From Sphagnum compactum (taxonomy: Eukaryota), in contig OZ234493.1 in NCBI GenBank assembly GCA_965153455.1, forward strand, positions 4,588,001 to 4,652,000: 64,000 nt of DNA. Direction: 5' to 3'. The position numbers and the translations under genes were made by a program. Below, piece after piece: positions 12,835 through 30,581 of the stretch. Under the pieces are notes generated by a model, which searched no databases, was not told the DNA's origin, and was given only the letters and a program-made list of their open reading frames with translations. Each line of letters opens with the position of its first letter. The first letter of the stretch is position 1.

Positions 12835-14375
12835 CATTTGTGTACAAGTAGCATGTACTCAGCAAGTTAAGTCTAACTTTTGCAGATTCTGGAAGCTGCC
12901 TCAGCAGCTCCAAAATGTAGGTAGTGCACAACATGGGAATAGTCTTCTCTCTGCAGTGACTGTCATCTTCTTGGATGACCTCCACTTCCCTCAACCCAAC
13001 AAAACTCAATAATAGTCCCTCAGCATGTTAGGTCTGGCAATGTTGAGGAATTTCACAAAAGTAGAGCTGGCCATTGTTGAAACTGCACGCAAGAGAAAGA
13101 ATGAAGATTGGTCACTCCTACAGATGTGGGTTCACTTCTATACGCTGCAATGAGAAACACATCTGATTAGATGACATACAGGTGAGGCTTGGAAGACCAT
13201 TCAACACAAGGTATACCATTCTACGTGTGACCTGAGTTTTCTAAATCTGGAGGCATCATATTGTAAAGATTTAATAATGTTGTAAAACCATCTTGACAAG
13301 CTATGGACAAGAGCAATTGGAGTTGGATTAGTGTCCTGCAATGACATTGACACTGACTCTGTCACAGCAAATGCTAAAAACCCACATGCAGTTGAATACT
13401 CTTCAGAAAATTGAGGAGGACCTTCACTGCAGCATTTGGGTGCAGGAAAAAGAGAGCTCAGAGTGGTGGAGGAGGCCATGAATACATCATCACATTACGA
13501 CCGCTGTCAGGAGCATGTATCATAAGATAAGCCAGCAAGCACTTACATTCAAGAAATGCGACAGCATGAGGAGAACCTATGTTGCTATGTTAGGATACGT
13601 GATGACATGAGCTGCAACCCATTCATGATATGGATTCACAACTTTGGAATGAAACACAATGGACTTGAATACTTGGCAAGCTCGGAATATTGTTTCTTGA
13701 CTCTTCTCAATTGCCTTTCTTTCTTTTTTTTGGGCTTGCTTGCAATTGTCAGTCTATCAGTGGATTTTCACACAAACCCTAGGAATGCATTTTGAGAACT
13801 CTCAATTGCATTCACCATTTATTTTTTCTATCAGTGATTATTCGCTTCTTCCTTCCAACCTGCACAATAATAATTGCATCATTCTCAACTCCTGTAAAAT
13901 GCACACACAATCTCGTAAAATGCACACAATCTTCCACTTCATTTTGCAAGGAAAAAAAGGCATTAGTATACATACTAGCACAGATCATAAGAGAATTTTT
14001 CATCGAGAAATTGCAGGCTAAGAGTGAAGATGAAGAAGAAGAAGAAGAAGAAGGAATCTCAGAGAAGAAACTCTCGCAACAAGGGCAAGGAGAAAAACAA
14101 CTGCCGATCTTGTCGTTGAACATTCACATTCCAGGGGACTAGTAGGTGAAGATGATGGCAAGCAAGCAAACAAGCTTCCGAGCTGCAACAAACATGGCCT
14201 GTTTTACGCGCGTCTCGCACAAGTGACGGACAGTTGACGTCGTTTGCTTCTGTCCTTCGCAGCAGCTCCGAGTTCATTATCCGCCACCTGTCCGCAGCGC
14301 CCTCTTCTGCGTACGCACGAGATTTGCATATCCACGCTCTGCATTCGTGAAACGACGCATTCCAGAGACATACAC

Positions 14376-14409
14376 GAGAGAGCGAGAGAGAGAGAGAGAG
14401 AGAGAGAGA

Positions 14410-14433
<24 letters not shown>
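14376..14433. repeat. Compound (GA)n(GT)n microsatellite in the ECA promoter/5' region
   Basis: gagagagc(ga)n followed directly by (gt)n. Confidence 0.9.
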
Positions 14434-14440
<7 letters not shown>

Positions 14441-15065
14441 TGTTGTGAGGAAGGGACGATGTGAATTGGAGATTTGTGCGCGGAGGAGATGCCTGAGATG
14501 GCACAGATAGCGGTAGAAGTGGGTGTTCTTGGGCTTGTTGTGCCCTCCTGCAAGAAGCATCATCTTCTTCAGTATCGTGGAACACGGCAGCTTGGACTGA
14601 ATCATCATCATCATCATGGTTATGTCGTCTACAAGGCTTGCTATGCTCGAGTATGTTTCTGTTCTTTCTACCCCTTCCCCCTTCAACTCTGTTTGTCTTA
14701 TTATTACTGTTTTTGCAATTCAGTACTGTGTCTGCTGGATCTGAGAAGAGGGTGGGGAGAGATGGTTCGGGGTGGTGGTGGTGGCAGAAGAGGATCGCAG
14801 TAGTGTGCTCACAGCAGCAGAAAGGACCGGCTAACACAAAAAAAAATGCTGCCGCCGCAACCAAAGTTGCAGAGAAGGCTATACTAGAGGAGCGTTCAAT
14901 TCCCGCTGCTGGCCCTTTGTCACGCCAGCCTCTTCAACAACAAGAGGTGAGATGCTGCTGCTCCGTATGTCCACTTCTCTTGCAGATTGCAGTTTTCCAG
15001 ATATTATGTTGGAATGGATTAGCAACATAGTTTGCTGAAGAATCATAGCAAGGGAATTGCAGGTG

Positions 15066-21153
<6,088 letters not shown>

Positions 21154-21899
21154 AGTCTCTTTTGATTTGGCAAGGTTTTCCTGATATAGTGCCAAACAAT
21201 TGAAAGATCATTTTGTTGAACACAATTCATATTCATGGTGGAAACATGTTTCCGATTTTCCAGTGGGAAGAGATTAGAATTCTGTGGTAGTTACATAATG
21301 ATTTGTACATTTTGAAAACATCAAGTTAAAAAGTTGTTTTAGAAGTTCATCTGCTGACAGTTCCTGAAGAAATGGAAGGGATGGACATTGTGCACTATGC
21401 ACTTTAAGAGTGACTGCTTCATGCTCAACTCTGCAACAAAAGGCTGTTGTTTGTACAGTCTGCATGGACTTCAAAGTAGTGCTTCTGAATCCAAGACTTG
21501 GCCACATTTTGAAGGGGGGTTATGACTTATGACCTTACAATTTCTAAATTTTGGTTAATGAAGAAGCTTCAAGATTCTCAATGGGGATCTTCAAGAGCTT
21601 GAAGGTCCCCAAGAATCAACTTCGAGCTTCATCTCTTTGATTTTCTGATTCAAGTGCTGATGAACTTGAATTGACATCACACATGACACAACAGTTTTGC
21701 ATTTTGTACCCTGGAGTCTACTCTTGTGTTCTACAGTCTCTAGTTTTGCATTTTGTCCTAGTTTTTTATACTCCTTACAAGGATTTAGGAATCGACGACT
21801 GCCATTGGTTTTTGCAAGTCTTCAAAGTGCCAAAAAACACTCTACAAATTTCAAGAAACACTATGCAGGTCTAGCATGCACACTCTATAGGTTGCACCA

Positions 21900-23830
21900 A
21901 AGCATGTTTCTTGACTAGATTTAAGTGAGACCTTTTGGTCCCAAGTTTGACTCTCTTTGTAAACATGTTGGTAGGAAGAAAACTATATCCCCCATGCCCA
22001 ATGTTCATTAAGGTACATAATTCTACTATGCTAAGGATTGTCAACATGCTAAAAATGAAGTGTTTTATGTTTTCAAAGGTGTGTTGGACAAGGTTATGCA
22101 AGGTGTGACACATGAGGGCTTTAAAAAAAATCAGTCAATTTGTCACAATTTTCTACCTATTCCAAGATGGAAAGCCCATGCTTGAATATGAAGGCATGAG
22201 GGCTTGTTGCAATTCTTTCAAGTGAAAAACTATCTACAAATACATTGGTGTGACAATATTGGATGTCCATGATTGAAATAATGCACGGCATTGTTTAGGC
22301 AACCATTACAAAAGTTGTGAAAGTAGTAAATTACATCTCCATCTTTTGTGATGAAGTTACAAGTGTTGATAATCAAAGCCGATGATTGTCCTTGCATGCA
22401 TATGTCATCAAAGATTGGTCTTGATTTCTGATTTTAGTTTCCCTCGATAGGGTGATTGAAAGGATTGATTATGGAGATGTAATTAGAATCATCACTCAAG
22501 CATTACTAATTGATGGTCTAATAGGTGAATCACTATCCTTTAAGTTCATTTTTTTGGAGTTGACAATGTGAGTTTTTTTCAAGGTGCCAAGATTGGAATT
22601 ATGTGACAAATTCAATTGGATTATGTTCTTCACATGCAAAGCATACATTGCATGACTCATCAAAACAAAAGCTTCAATAGGCATTTGGAGTTGAACAAGC
22701 TTGTTGAAATCATGAAAATTCAAGGTAATAAGTTGTTGAAGAATGTCAAAACAAGGTGAGTTTCCATGTTGGAATTTGCAAAGAGGGTGATTAGTGAATA
22801 CCACACTCTAATGGTCAAAATGGCTCTTGATTTTGTCCACAACAATTTTATCAAGGTGAACTTTAAACTCCTATGTGATATTGAGGTCCTACATGGGTTG
22901 ACAATCTTGTTGCCACTATTGGAGGAAATGAACAACTTGATGAAGCTGGCCCATATTTGAGATGTTTTAGTTGTTAACTATGTGGCATCAATCAAGCTTT
23001 ATCAAGCAAATTAATTTTCACATTTTGTGAACTTTGACATTGCTTTCAAGTTTTAAGTGTTTTATTCCTTCAAGTCTTTGGTGGGTTCCTCCCATGACCT
23101 TCTCATCATGTTGTGGATACCAAACTTAAATACAAGTATGGAGCACTTAACCTTTGATTACAATAGACAACACATTTGGGTGAAACATCTAGACTAGCTA
23201 ACAAAGGTTGTGAATTTTATGACCAATGAGATGCACGTTCATGTTGTGGAAACTATGAAAAATCAAGTGAAAGACGCAATTGAATTCCTAATTTTAAAGT
23301 TGCAATCCCATTTTCTTTCACATGGTGTTATGGAAGTTTTTGGGGTGGTTTACTTTCAATATTTGATGACAGTAGACTCTGAGGAATCCTTGATGAGACA
23401 CTTCAATGTGATTAAGACCCAGTATTGATACCCCAAGAAAATTGGGTGTAATCAAACCTTGATACTAAGTGTCTTATCTTTTATGTTTTTGGATCTATAC
23501 ATGTCATTCTTCAAATTAAAAAAAATGTCATGTTGCACTAGCCATGGGTTTTCCTTACATTATGAATCTTATGATCCAACTTTGGAGACCTCTAGCCTCA
23601 TCTCAAATGATTGCACACAAGCATTTAAAGTTGGTAGAAATTGCCATGTGATCCAAGTTATTTATTTTATTGAGAACGAAAGATGCTTCAATTATTTGAA
23701 TTTCATCAAATCCAAGCTTTGTAACCAACTAACAACACATCTAAATGTTGTGGTTGGATGTTTGATCAACAATTTTATACATTAAAAAAATTTCCATACT
23801 CACAAGTAGTTGCAGCTTGGAAGGATATGT
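21900..23830 (+). mobile_element. Degenerate hAT-superfamily transposase remnant
   Basis: Fragmented frames KFDSLCKHVGRKK, GKPMLEYE, ISIFCDEVTSVDNQS, LLCDIEVLHGLTILLPLLEEMNNLMKLA, and C-terminal hAT-dimerisation-like ENERCFNYLNFIKSKLCNQLTTHL. Many stops and frameshifts; ends not defined. Confidence 0.75.
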
Positions 23831-25974
23831 GAATTTGGTATGGTTTTAGCACATAATTTTTGTTTGGGTAAATTGAGGTTTGATTTTTTTACCTTTGACC
23901 CTCAATTTCCATGATCTCAACAAGGTTGATCTCTCCTTAGAATTTTGTTTATTTGTTAGTGGTAATAAGTTAGTAAGTACTGAATTTTAACAAATTTTGT
24001 TATTGTGTATTGTATATATGTTTTTTTTTTTTTTTTTTTAAGGCAACAAATGTTGCACATGGGCAATTTAGGGGTTCAATTCTTTCGCAAGTCAACTTTC
24101 AACAAGTAGGCATGGTTTGTGCATTTTATTACTTGTTTTGTGCATTGTGGGACGTGTAGTTGCCTTGTGCATGAAAAGCCTTGTACTGCAATGGGTGGTT
24201 CAAAGGTTCAATTCAAGCTGAAATTCAACCTTAAAAAACTTATTCATTGTCAATAGGATTTTTAGAACATTTAAGAATTGCCTAAATTTTAAGTGCACCA
24301 AACACACATAGTCAAATTAAATTTGATTGCACTTTTGGAGGCAACCAAACAATTCAAAGTAAAAAAAGTTATCACCAAATGTTTTGAAAATAAAAAACCA
24401 AGTCACCTACCCCTCATACAAAGATTTCACCAAATAAACCATTCTAGCCATATTGAATGATTCCTCCTGGCAAGGATAGTTATTTTTAAAAGATGAAAAA
24501 CAAACCATGAATACAAATGTATTCAACATTCAAATATGGTTATAATTTTCAAAGATTAATCATTCAAAAAAAAGTTCAATGTAAGTTGTAACCATGTGAA
24601 AAAGTAAATATAAAACGTAGGTTTATATTATGTGAACTTCCAAATGGAAATTGAAATGTATTGATGTATGTCAAAATGAACAAATATTGTTATAATTTTG
24701 GTTAATTGCAAATAGGTCACATGAATGAAATTCTTTAATTTTAAATATAGATGTGAGAAGTAAAAATGATCTTTCAAGTTTTACTTATTAAAATTTTTGT
24801 ACTAGAAACAAATTCAGATGTTTCAAATATTCAAATGTATATAAACAACATTTTAGTTTAAAGTCCAACCATTAAAGAATGAGTTATTTCAATTTTATTG
24901 AATATTTAAACAACCATAAATTTTTATGTATTTAATTTATTGGCAATTTTGTATCATATTTCAAACATAATATTTCATATGACATAACACAAACATATGA
25001 ACAAATAAAAACTATTTGGGTGAAAACATAATCAAGTAGACACATATTGTTCCATGTTAAATTAAATTAAATGTAGTTATAATAAAAGAACGTAGGTGTT
25101 TTTTAATAAATAAAATGGATTTCAGTGATCAATATGAGGATGTTATTTCTTTTATCATGATAATATTGAAAATCACATGTACATAGTATGCATTCGAATA
25201 GAATTTTGGAAATGTAAGTAATTTTTTTCATGTGATGCACCTTCTTGTAAAGTAAATGAAAGTAGGATTTAAATTGAATTTCTTCTTATTTCAAATTGAT
25301 ATTGCCCTCACATTTGTTATGTATTTCAAATTTATAAACATTTCAATTATTATCAAAATTCTAACGTGAAAGTAGGTTTGTACACAATATTCATCAATTG
25401 GTTTCAAACCTATTGAAACTTACTTTGAAAGCTACTTTTATTATACTATAATTTCTCAATATTTGTTGATAATTCAACATAATTCAATAGAGTGCATGAG
25501 GGTTTTACAATAAGATTTTAAAATGTTTAAACTATATTTTCATGCATTTATGTGTTCAACATGAGTGTACATGAAAGTGCACTTGTTGAATACTATTTCT
25601 TGTGACTAATTAATTGCATTTTCACCCATTTATACCAAATTTTTAAATTTACTTATTTATTTTGGAATTCAAAAATTATGTTCTATCGTTTCATATGAAT
25701 GACTTTGTAGATTAATGAATGTTGTAGAAAATTTTTGCAACTTATCTACAAATGTAGTAATCATAATTATTACTTGGGCTCTACATTGTTACATACAATC
25801 AAATGATGAAAATATGAATTTTTCTTATGGAAATTCGATTCCATCCAAATGAAAATCTTTGGTGACAATACATATCTTGTGGCAGGTAATTTGGTTTAAT
25901 GTATTCGTTGGACCAAATGTTTGATTAGATTCTTCCAATGGCCATTATTCAATACACAATTGGGTTATGTATAA

Positions 25975-27074
25975 AGGTAAAAACACAATCAAAGGAGCCA
26001 AAAAGGGTGTCAAGTCATAGTGAAAATTACACATTTTCAAATATTGATTTATGTTTTACCATTTGAAAACTATGGTAATCATGGAAAATATCGTTAAATG
26101 ACTCAAATGAATGTTAGGATGTTCAAAATAAAAATCCATCTAATCCAACTTTAAGTTTTGGTTTTAGTTAATGATTTTTGAAAGTGAACATGTGTGTCAA
26201 ATAAAGATTATTTTGCAAAGGATTCTCTTATTTCTTGTATCACAGAAGTGTTTTGATGAGAAAATATTTAGATGATAAAGAGCTATTAATCACATTAAAA
26301 AAACATTCACAATTTTAAAATCATGGAATTTTAAAATATAAAAAAAATTTGAAAATATCTTTTCAAAATTTAGAATTTCAAGAATGTTTTACCACATGTA
26401 AATGGAATATAATGTATGTTACGCGTAAAGCAAAGTTATAACTTATAATAGAAGAAAGTGAACCTTCAAGTAATGAACATATTTTGAGATGATTTGAAAT
26501 TGTGATCATTTTTCAAAACAAAATGTAAAATTTGTTAGAATCTACACATTTATAGAATTTACATGTACTCAACAATGATTGATAAAATATATTGAGGAAT
26601 TTATAAGTAGATTTAGAGTCAAGTTCTAGAAATTTTCATTCAAAAATTATTTTTCATGATAAAGTTATTTTAAAGCAAAATGACAAATATTGTAGTACCA
26701 GGGTGGTTTCGACATAAATTAAATTATTTTTGACTTTGCCAATATTTTCATAAAAAATTCAACCCTTTTTGTCGAAATTTTCAAAACACATTTAAGCTGC
26801 TAGCTAATTTTGAACTAGGGACTTGTATAACCAAATTAGTTACTTGACATCCATCTGACTACTAACGTAGTGAAATATCTTTAAAATATTATTGAATTTT
26901 GTGGTGTATAATTATACATATGCCAAAATTTTCAAAATGAAAAAGGTTCGTTATCGAACGAGAAATTTTGGATTAAATTAGTTGTTTGACAAAGAACTGC
27001 CAAAACCGCCCATTTACTACAATAGTCCTTTAAATAAAGTAATATCGTTGGCTCCTTTGAGTGTGTTTGAACCC
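25975..27074. mobile_element. ~1.1-kb non-autonomous TIR element (superfamily uncertain)
   Basis: aaacacaatcaaaggagccaa (25981-26001) vs reverse complement of ttggctcctttgagtgtgttt (27048-27068): 20/21, extending weakly to G-rich ends. AT-rich non-coding interior; TSD not confirmed. Confidence 0.55.
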
Positions 27075-27387
27075 AAATATGTATTGTCCAAGTCACCCAA
27101 AAAATGAACAAAGAGATTTGTGATTGACAACCACTAAATTGCCATCAACATTTCTGAAAATAATATAATTACTCCTCATTTAGGGTTTCAAGATTCATGG
27201 GGGAAGTCAAGATCACATTTTGCACATACAATTCAATCATTTGACTCCTTGATCATATTGATCTACTATATAAATGATAAATACATAAATACATAAATAA
27301 ATAAAGATCTTTGGGTTTCTTCATTTGCAATAAAATATAATGTTAAATTGTCAAACTCAATCAAAGCTTTCTTTAAGACATCTACTA

Positions 27388-27815
27388 TAGCGTGGCATGT
27401 GCCATTGGCCCAAAATGTGTGTGAACATGATGATGATCATGTAATTTGTTCCAAGTATGAACAAGACCTTGACAATAGAGCCCAATTGTGAAAAAATATT
27501 TAAAAATTAAAAATTAATTTCCTATGACAAATAAATTACTCAAAATTTAACATCTCTCTCATATTTAGGTCTAAAAATTACGAAAATCTCCTCTAAGAAA
27601 TCAATCTCACTCGTCAAAGCCTTTCTAGCTATACCAAGATCTTGACTCAATTTCCTTTTTAAAAAAAGAATAAATTATTTTATTAAATGACACAATGACA
27701 AAATTATTCAATATTCAATAACTTTTGCATCATAAGTCTAAAGATTATGAAACCACCTTGATGCACGGGTCCTCATCTCAAGGGCTACGCATGGGGAGGC
27801 TTTTCAATGGTACCA
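27388..27815 (-). repeat. Dispersed repeat family, copy 2 (inverted; possible non-autonomous Helitron)
   Basis: Reverse complement matches 49810-50150 (e.g. tttttagacctaa...gagat.ttraattttgagt; ttcaca.ttgggc). 27388-27411 reads gggccaatggcacatgccacgcta on the minus strand. Confidence 0.6.
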
Positions 27816-28416
27816 AGAGCATGTTGGGGGGGGGGGGGGGGATATTATCTATATACCAAAAGATAAATACCTACTAGCAGCACCGACCATTATAAATGGG
27901 GGAGGGAGGGAGGAGAGGATGGAGCTTTGCTCCGTGTTGCTAAAATTAGTATTATAGTAACATCGACTTTGTATCATACAATAGAGGCCAAATGGCGTGC
28001 TATGTAACTTGACCCATTAGTTACATGTTGAGCGGGTCATAAGTTGGTGATTGCACTTTGCACCTCCCTTTCCTTTCTACTAGAATGAACAAAACACTCT
28101 CACTTTTATGAACTCCTTTTTGGGCCCATTTTGTCTTCGGAAAGTGCAACTCTTGTCTGACTTTTTCTTGGGATTTGGCAAAAGCCCGCCCACAACAAAG
28201 GCACCAAACTGTGGAACTAAAAACAGAGAACACCCAACCCCAAAAGAAAAAAACACAAAAAACAACAACAACAAGAACTGAGTTTAGAGTTATGACTTTT
28301 GTTTGTTCTTATCTCCTAGTCGGTGATGGCGATGGTGATGAACTCCTCAATTGAGAACTAGATATCTTCTTTTGGTCGGTGATCAACTTGGATGAAAAAC
28401 TACGTTAACGAGCGGT

Positions 28417-28852
28417 GTGTCACAGTTTGGCCTTGCCATTCACATTTGAAAGTATCTTTAGGAAATTATGGAAGTTACTCAAATATTTCACCATGCAAAA
28501 AAATATAATCTTCAAAACAAATCCTCTAAAAAGAAGCCAAAATCCTTCAAGATATATATATATTATAACTCTATAATAACTAATCTCAAGTTTCATTCAA
28601 CACAAACCAAAAAATATCATGTTTCAAAATCCTCATATAAAAAAAATAGACCTATTCTTATTATTCTTATTATTATTATTACCTAGGGGCCTTTAAAAAT
28701 CCCTTAAGCTACTATTACAAATCCTCTAAAAAGAAGCCAAAATCCTTCAAAATATATATATATTATAACTCTATAATAACTAATCTCAAGTTTCATTCAA
28801 CACAAGCCAAAATTATCATGTTTCAAAAATCCTCATATAAAAAAAAAAGGCC

Positions 28853-28886
<34 letters not shown>

Positions 28887-28945
28887 TAGGGGCCTATAAA
28901 AATCCCTTAAGCTACTATTACACTCTATAATGAATCGAAACACAA
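28417..28945 (+). repeat. Dispersed repeat with internal ~200-bp tandem duplication
   Basis: Homologous to 47605-47894. Units 28517-28716 and 28717-28920 are near-identical (acaaatcctctaaaaagaagcc...cccttaagctactatt). Confidence 0.85.
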
Positions 28946-30111
28946 ATTCAACAACACCAAACCTCCCCACCCAAAAAATGATGTAACTTAGTTATAGTAA
29001 CAACAAAAACCCGAATGTAACTTATTTTGGTATATGCCGATCCGATCGGAGGAGGAGGAGGAGATCCAAGAGAGTTCGAGCCTGACCAATTTCGGTGCAG
29101 CAATTATCTCCGACAAAGTTGTGGCGTTACTCACTCACGATTTTTCAGTGGGATGAATCTAGTCGACTTTTGGGCTTCCTAATTTTAAAATAAAATATCA
29201 GTACGAAGTTAAAAAAAAGGACTTTTAACACCCAAAAAAAAAGTTTATGTATATTCCTCTTTTTTATTACCCCGACCGACGTAACCCCATTTCTGGACTA
29301 ATTAAAAACTAGAGAATAGAGAAGGGAGAAAATTATATGTTATAAGTAATACCTTCCATTAGAGTATTACTTATAACACATATAATTTTTCCATTAGAGT
29401 ATTACTTATAACACATAATAGTGATGAAGGTATTAATGGCATCACATTTTTTCATTGTGTTTATGATGTTGTAATGACATTGTAATACAATGATCAATTA
29501 TCGTAATGTGTTAGAACGTCACCTAAATATCAAATCAATATTTTGTATCAACATTTTGTTAATACTTAACATATTCAAAATGTTTTAAAAACATAGATAT
29601 GTGAAAAGACAAGTTTGTGTTGTTGTACCTTCCATATATTTATATTTTTATAATATTTTAACAATGTTGTTCAAGATTAAATGTTGATGTAATTGTTAAT
29701 ATGATATTGTAATGAGATTGTTTTATAAATTTTTGATTTAACCATTGTGTTAAACACAATGTGATATCATATCAATGATTATAATAACACTGAATTTTGA
29801 ATACGTCGTTAAAATGTTGTAACATCACAAATATAAAAAAAAAGGTAAGTTTGAGATGTATCTAGTACCTACTACCCACATTCCTAGGAAAGGGTATGAA
29901 TTCGTGCCAAAAATGGTGATCAACAATTTTTAAAATAAAAACTTCATGCAACCAATGAGAGGCCTCAATCATGCACCAATCGGAGATTTTCTTTTGGGGA
30001 GAGGGGAAGGATTGGGTTTTGAATTTTATTTTATTTTTTGAATTTTGATATTTGCATCATGGTCTTAGCGTGTGCTTTCACCAAGTTCAATGAAACTCTT
30101 CATGTGTTCTT

Positions 30112-30581
30112 GGAGTTCCCATGTGGTCCTCAAGTTGTTCCCAATAAATAGCACCACATTTTATCCCATACGCTTTGTCCCAAGTTCCACCCATTGCAAC
30201 CTATAGGAGTTCCCATATGGTCCTCAGGTTGTTCCTAATAAATAGCACCACACTTTATCCCATATGTTTTGCCCCGAGTTCTACCCATTGCAACTTATAG
30301 GAGTTCCCATATGGTCCTCAAGTTGTTCCTAATAAATAGCACCACATTTTATCCCATATGCTTTCCCAAAAGTTCCACCCATTGCAACCTATAGGAGTTC
30401 CCATGAGGTTCTCAAGTTATTCCTAATAAATAGCACCACATTTTATCCCATATGCTTTGCCCCAAGTTCCACCCATTGCAGCCTATAAGAGTTCCCATAT
30501 GGTCTTCAAGATGTTCCTAATAAAGAGCACCACATTGTATCCCATATGCTTTGCCCCAAGTTCCACCCATTGCAACCTACA
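30112..30581. repeat. 94-bp minisatellite, 5 copies
   Basis: Units start at 30112, 30206, 30300, 30394, 30488 (ggagttcccatatggtcctcaagttgttcctaataaatagcaccacattttatcccatatgctttgccccaagttccacccattgcaacctata). Confidence 0.93.

Noticed and set aside
14653-14723. Signal-peptide-like ORF start MFLFFLPLPPSTLFVLLLLF
   Set aside because: It coincides with a U-rich GT-AG intron, so the hydrophobicity is a compositional artefact.
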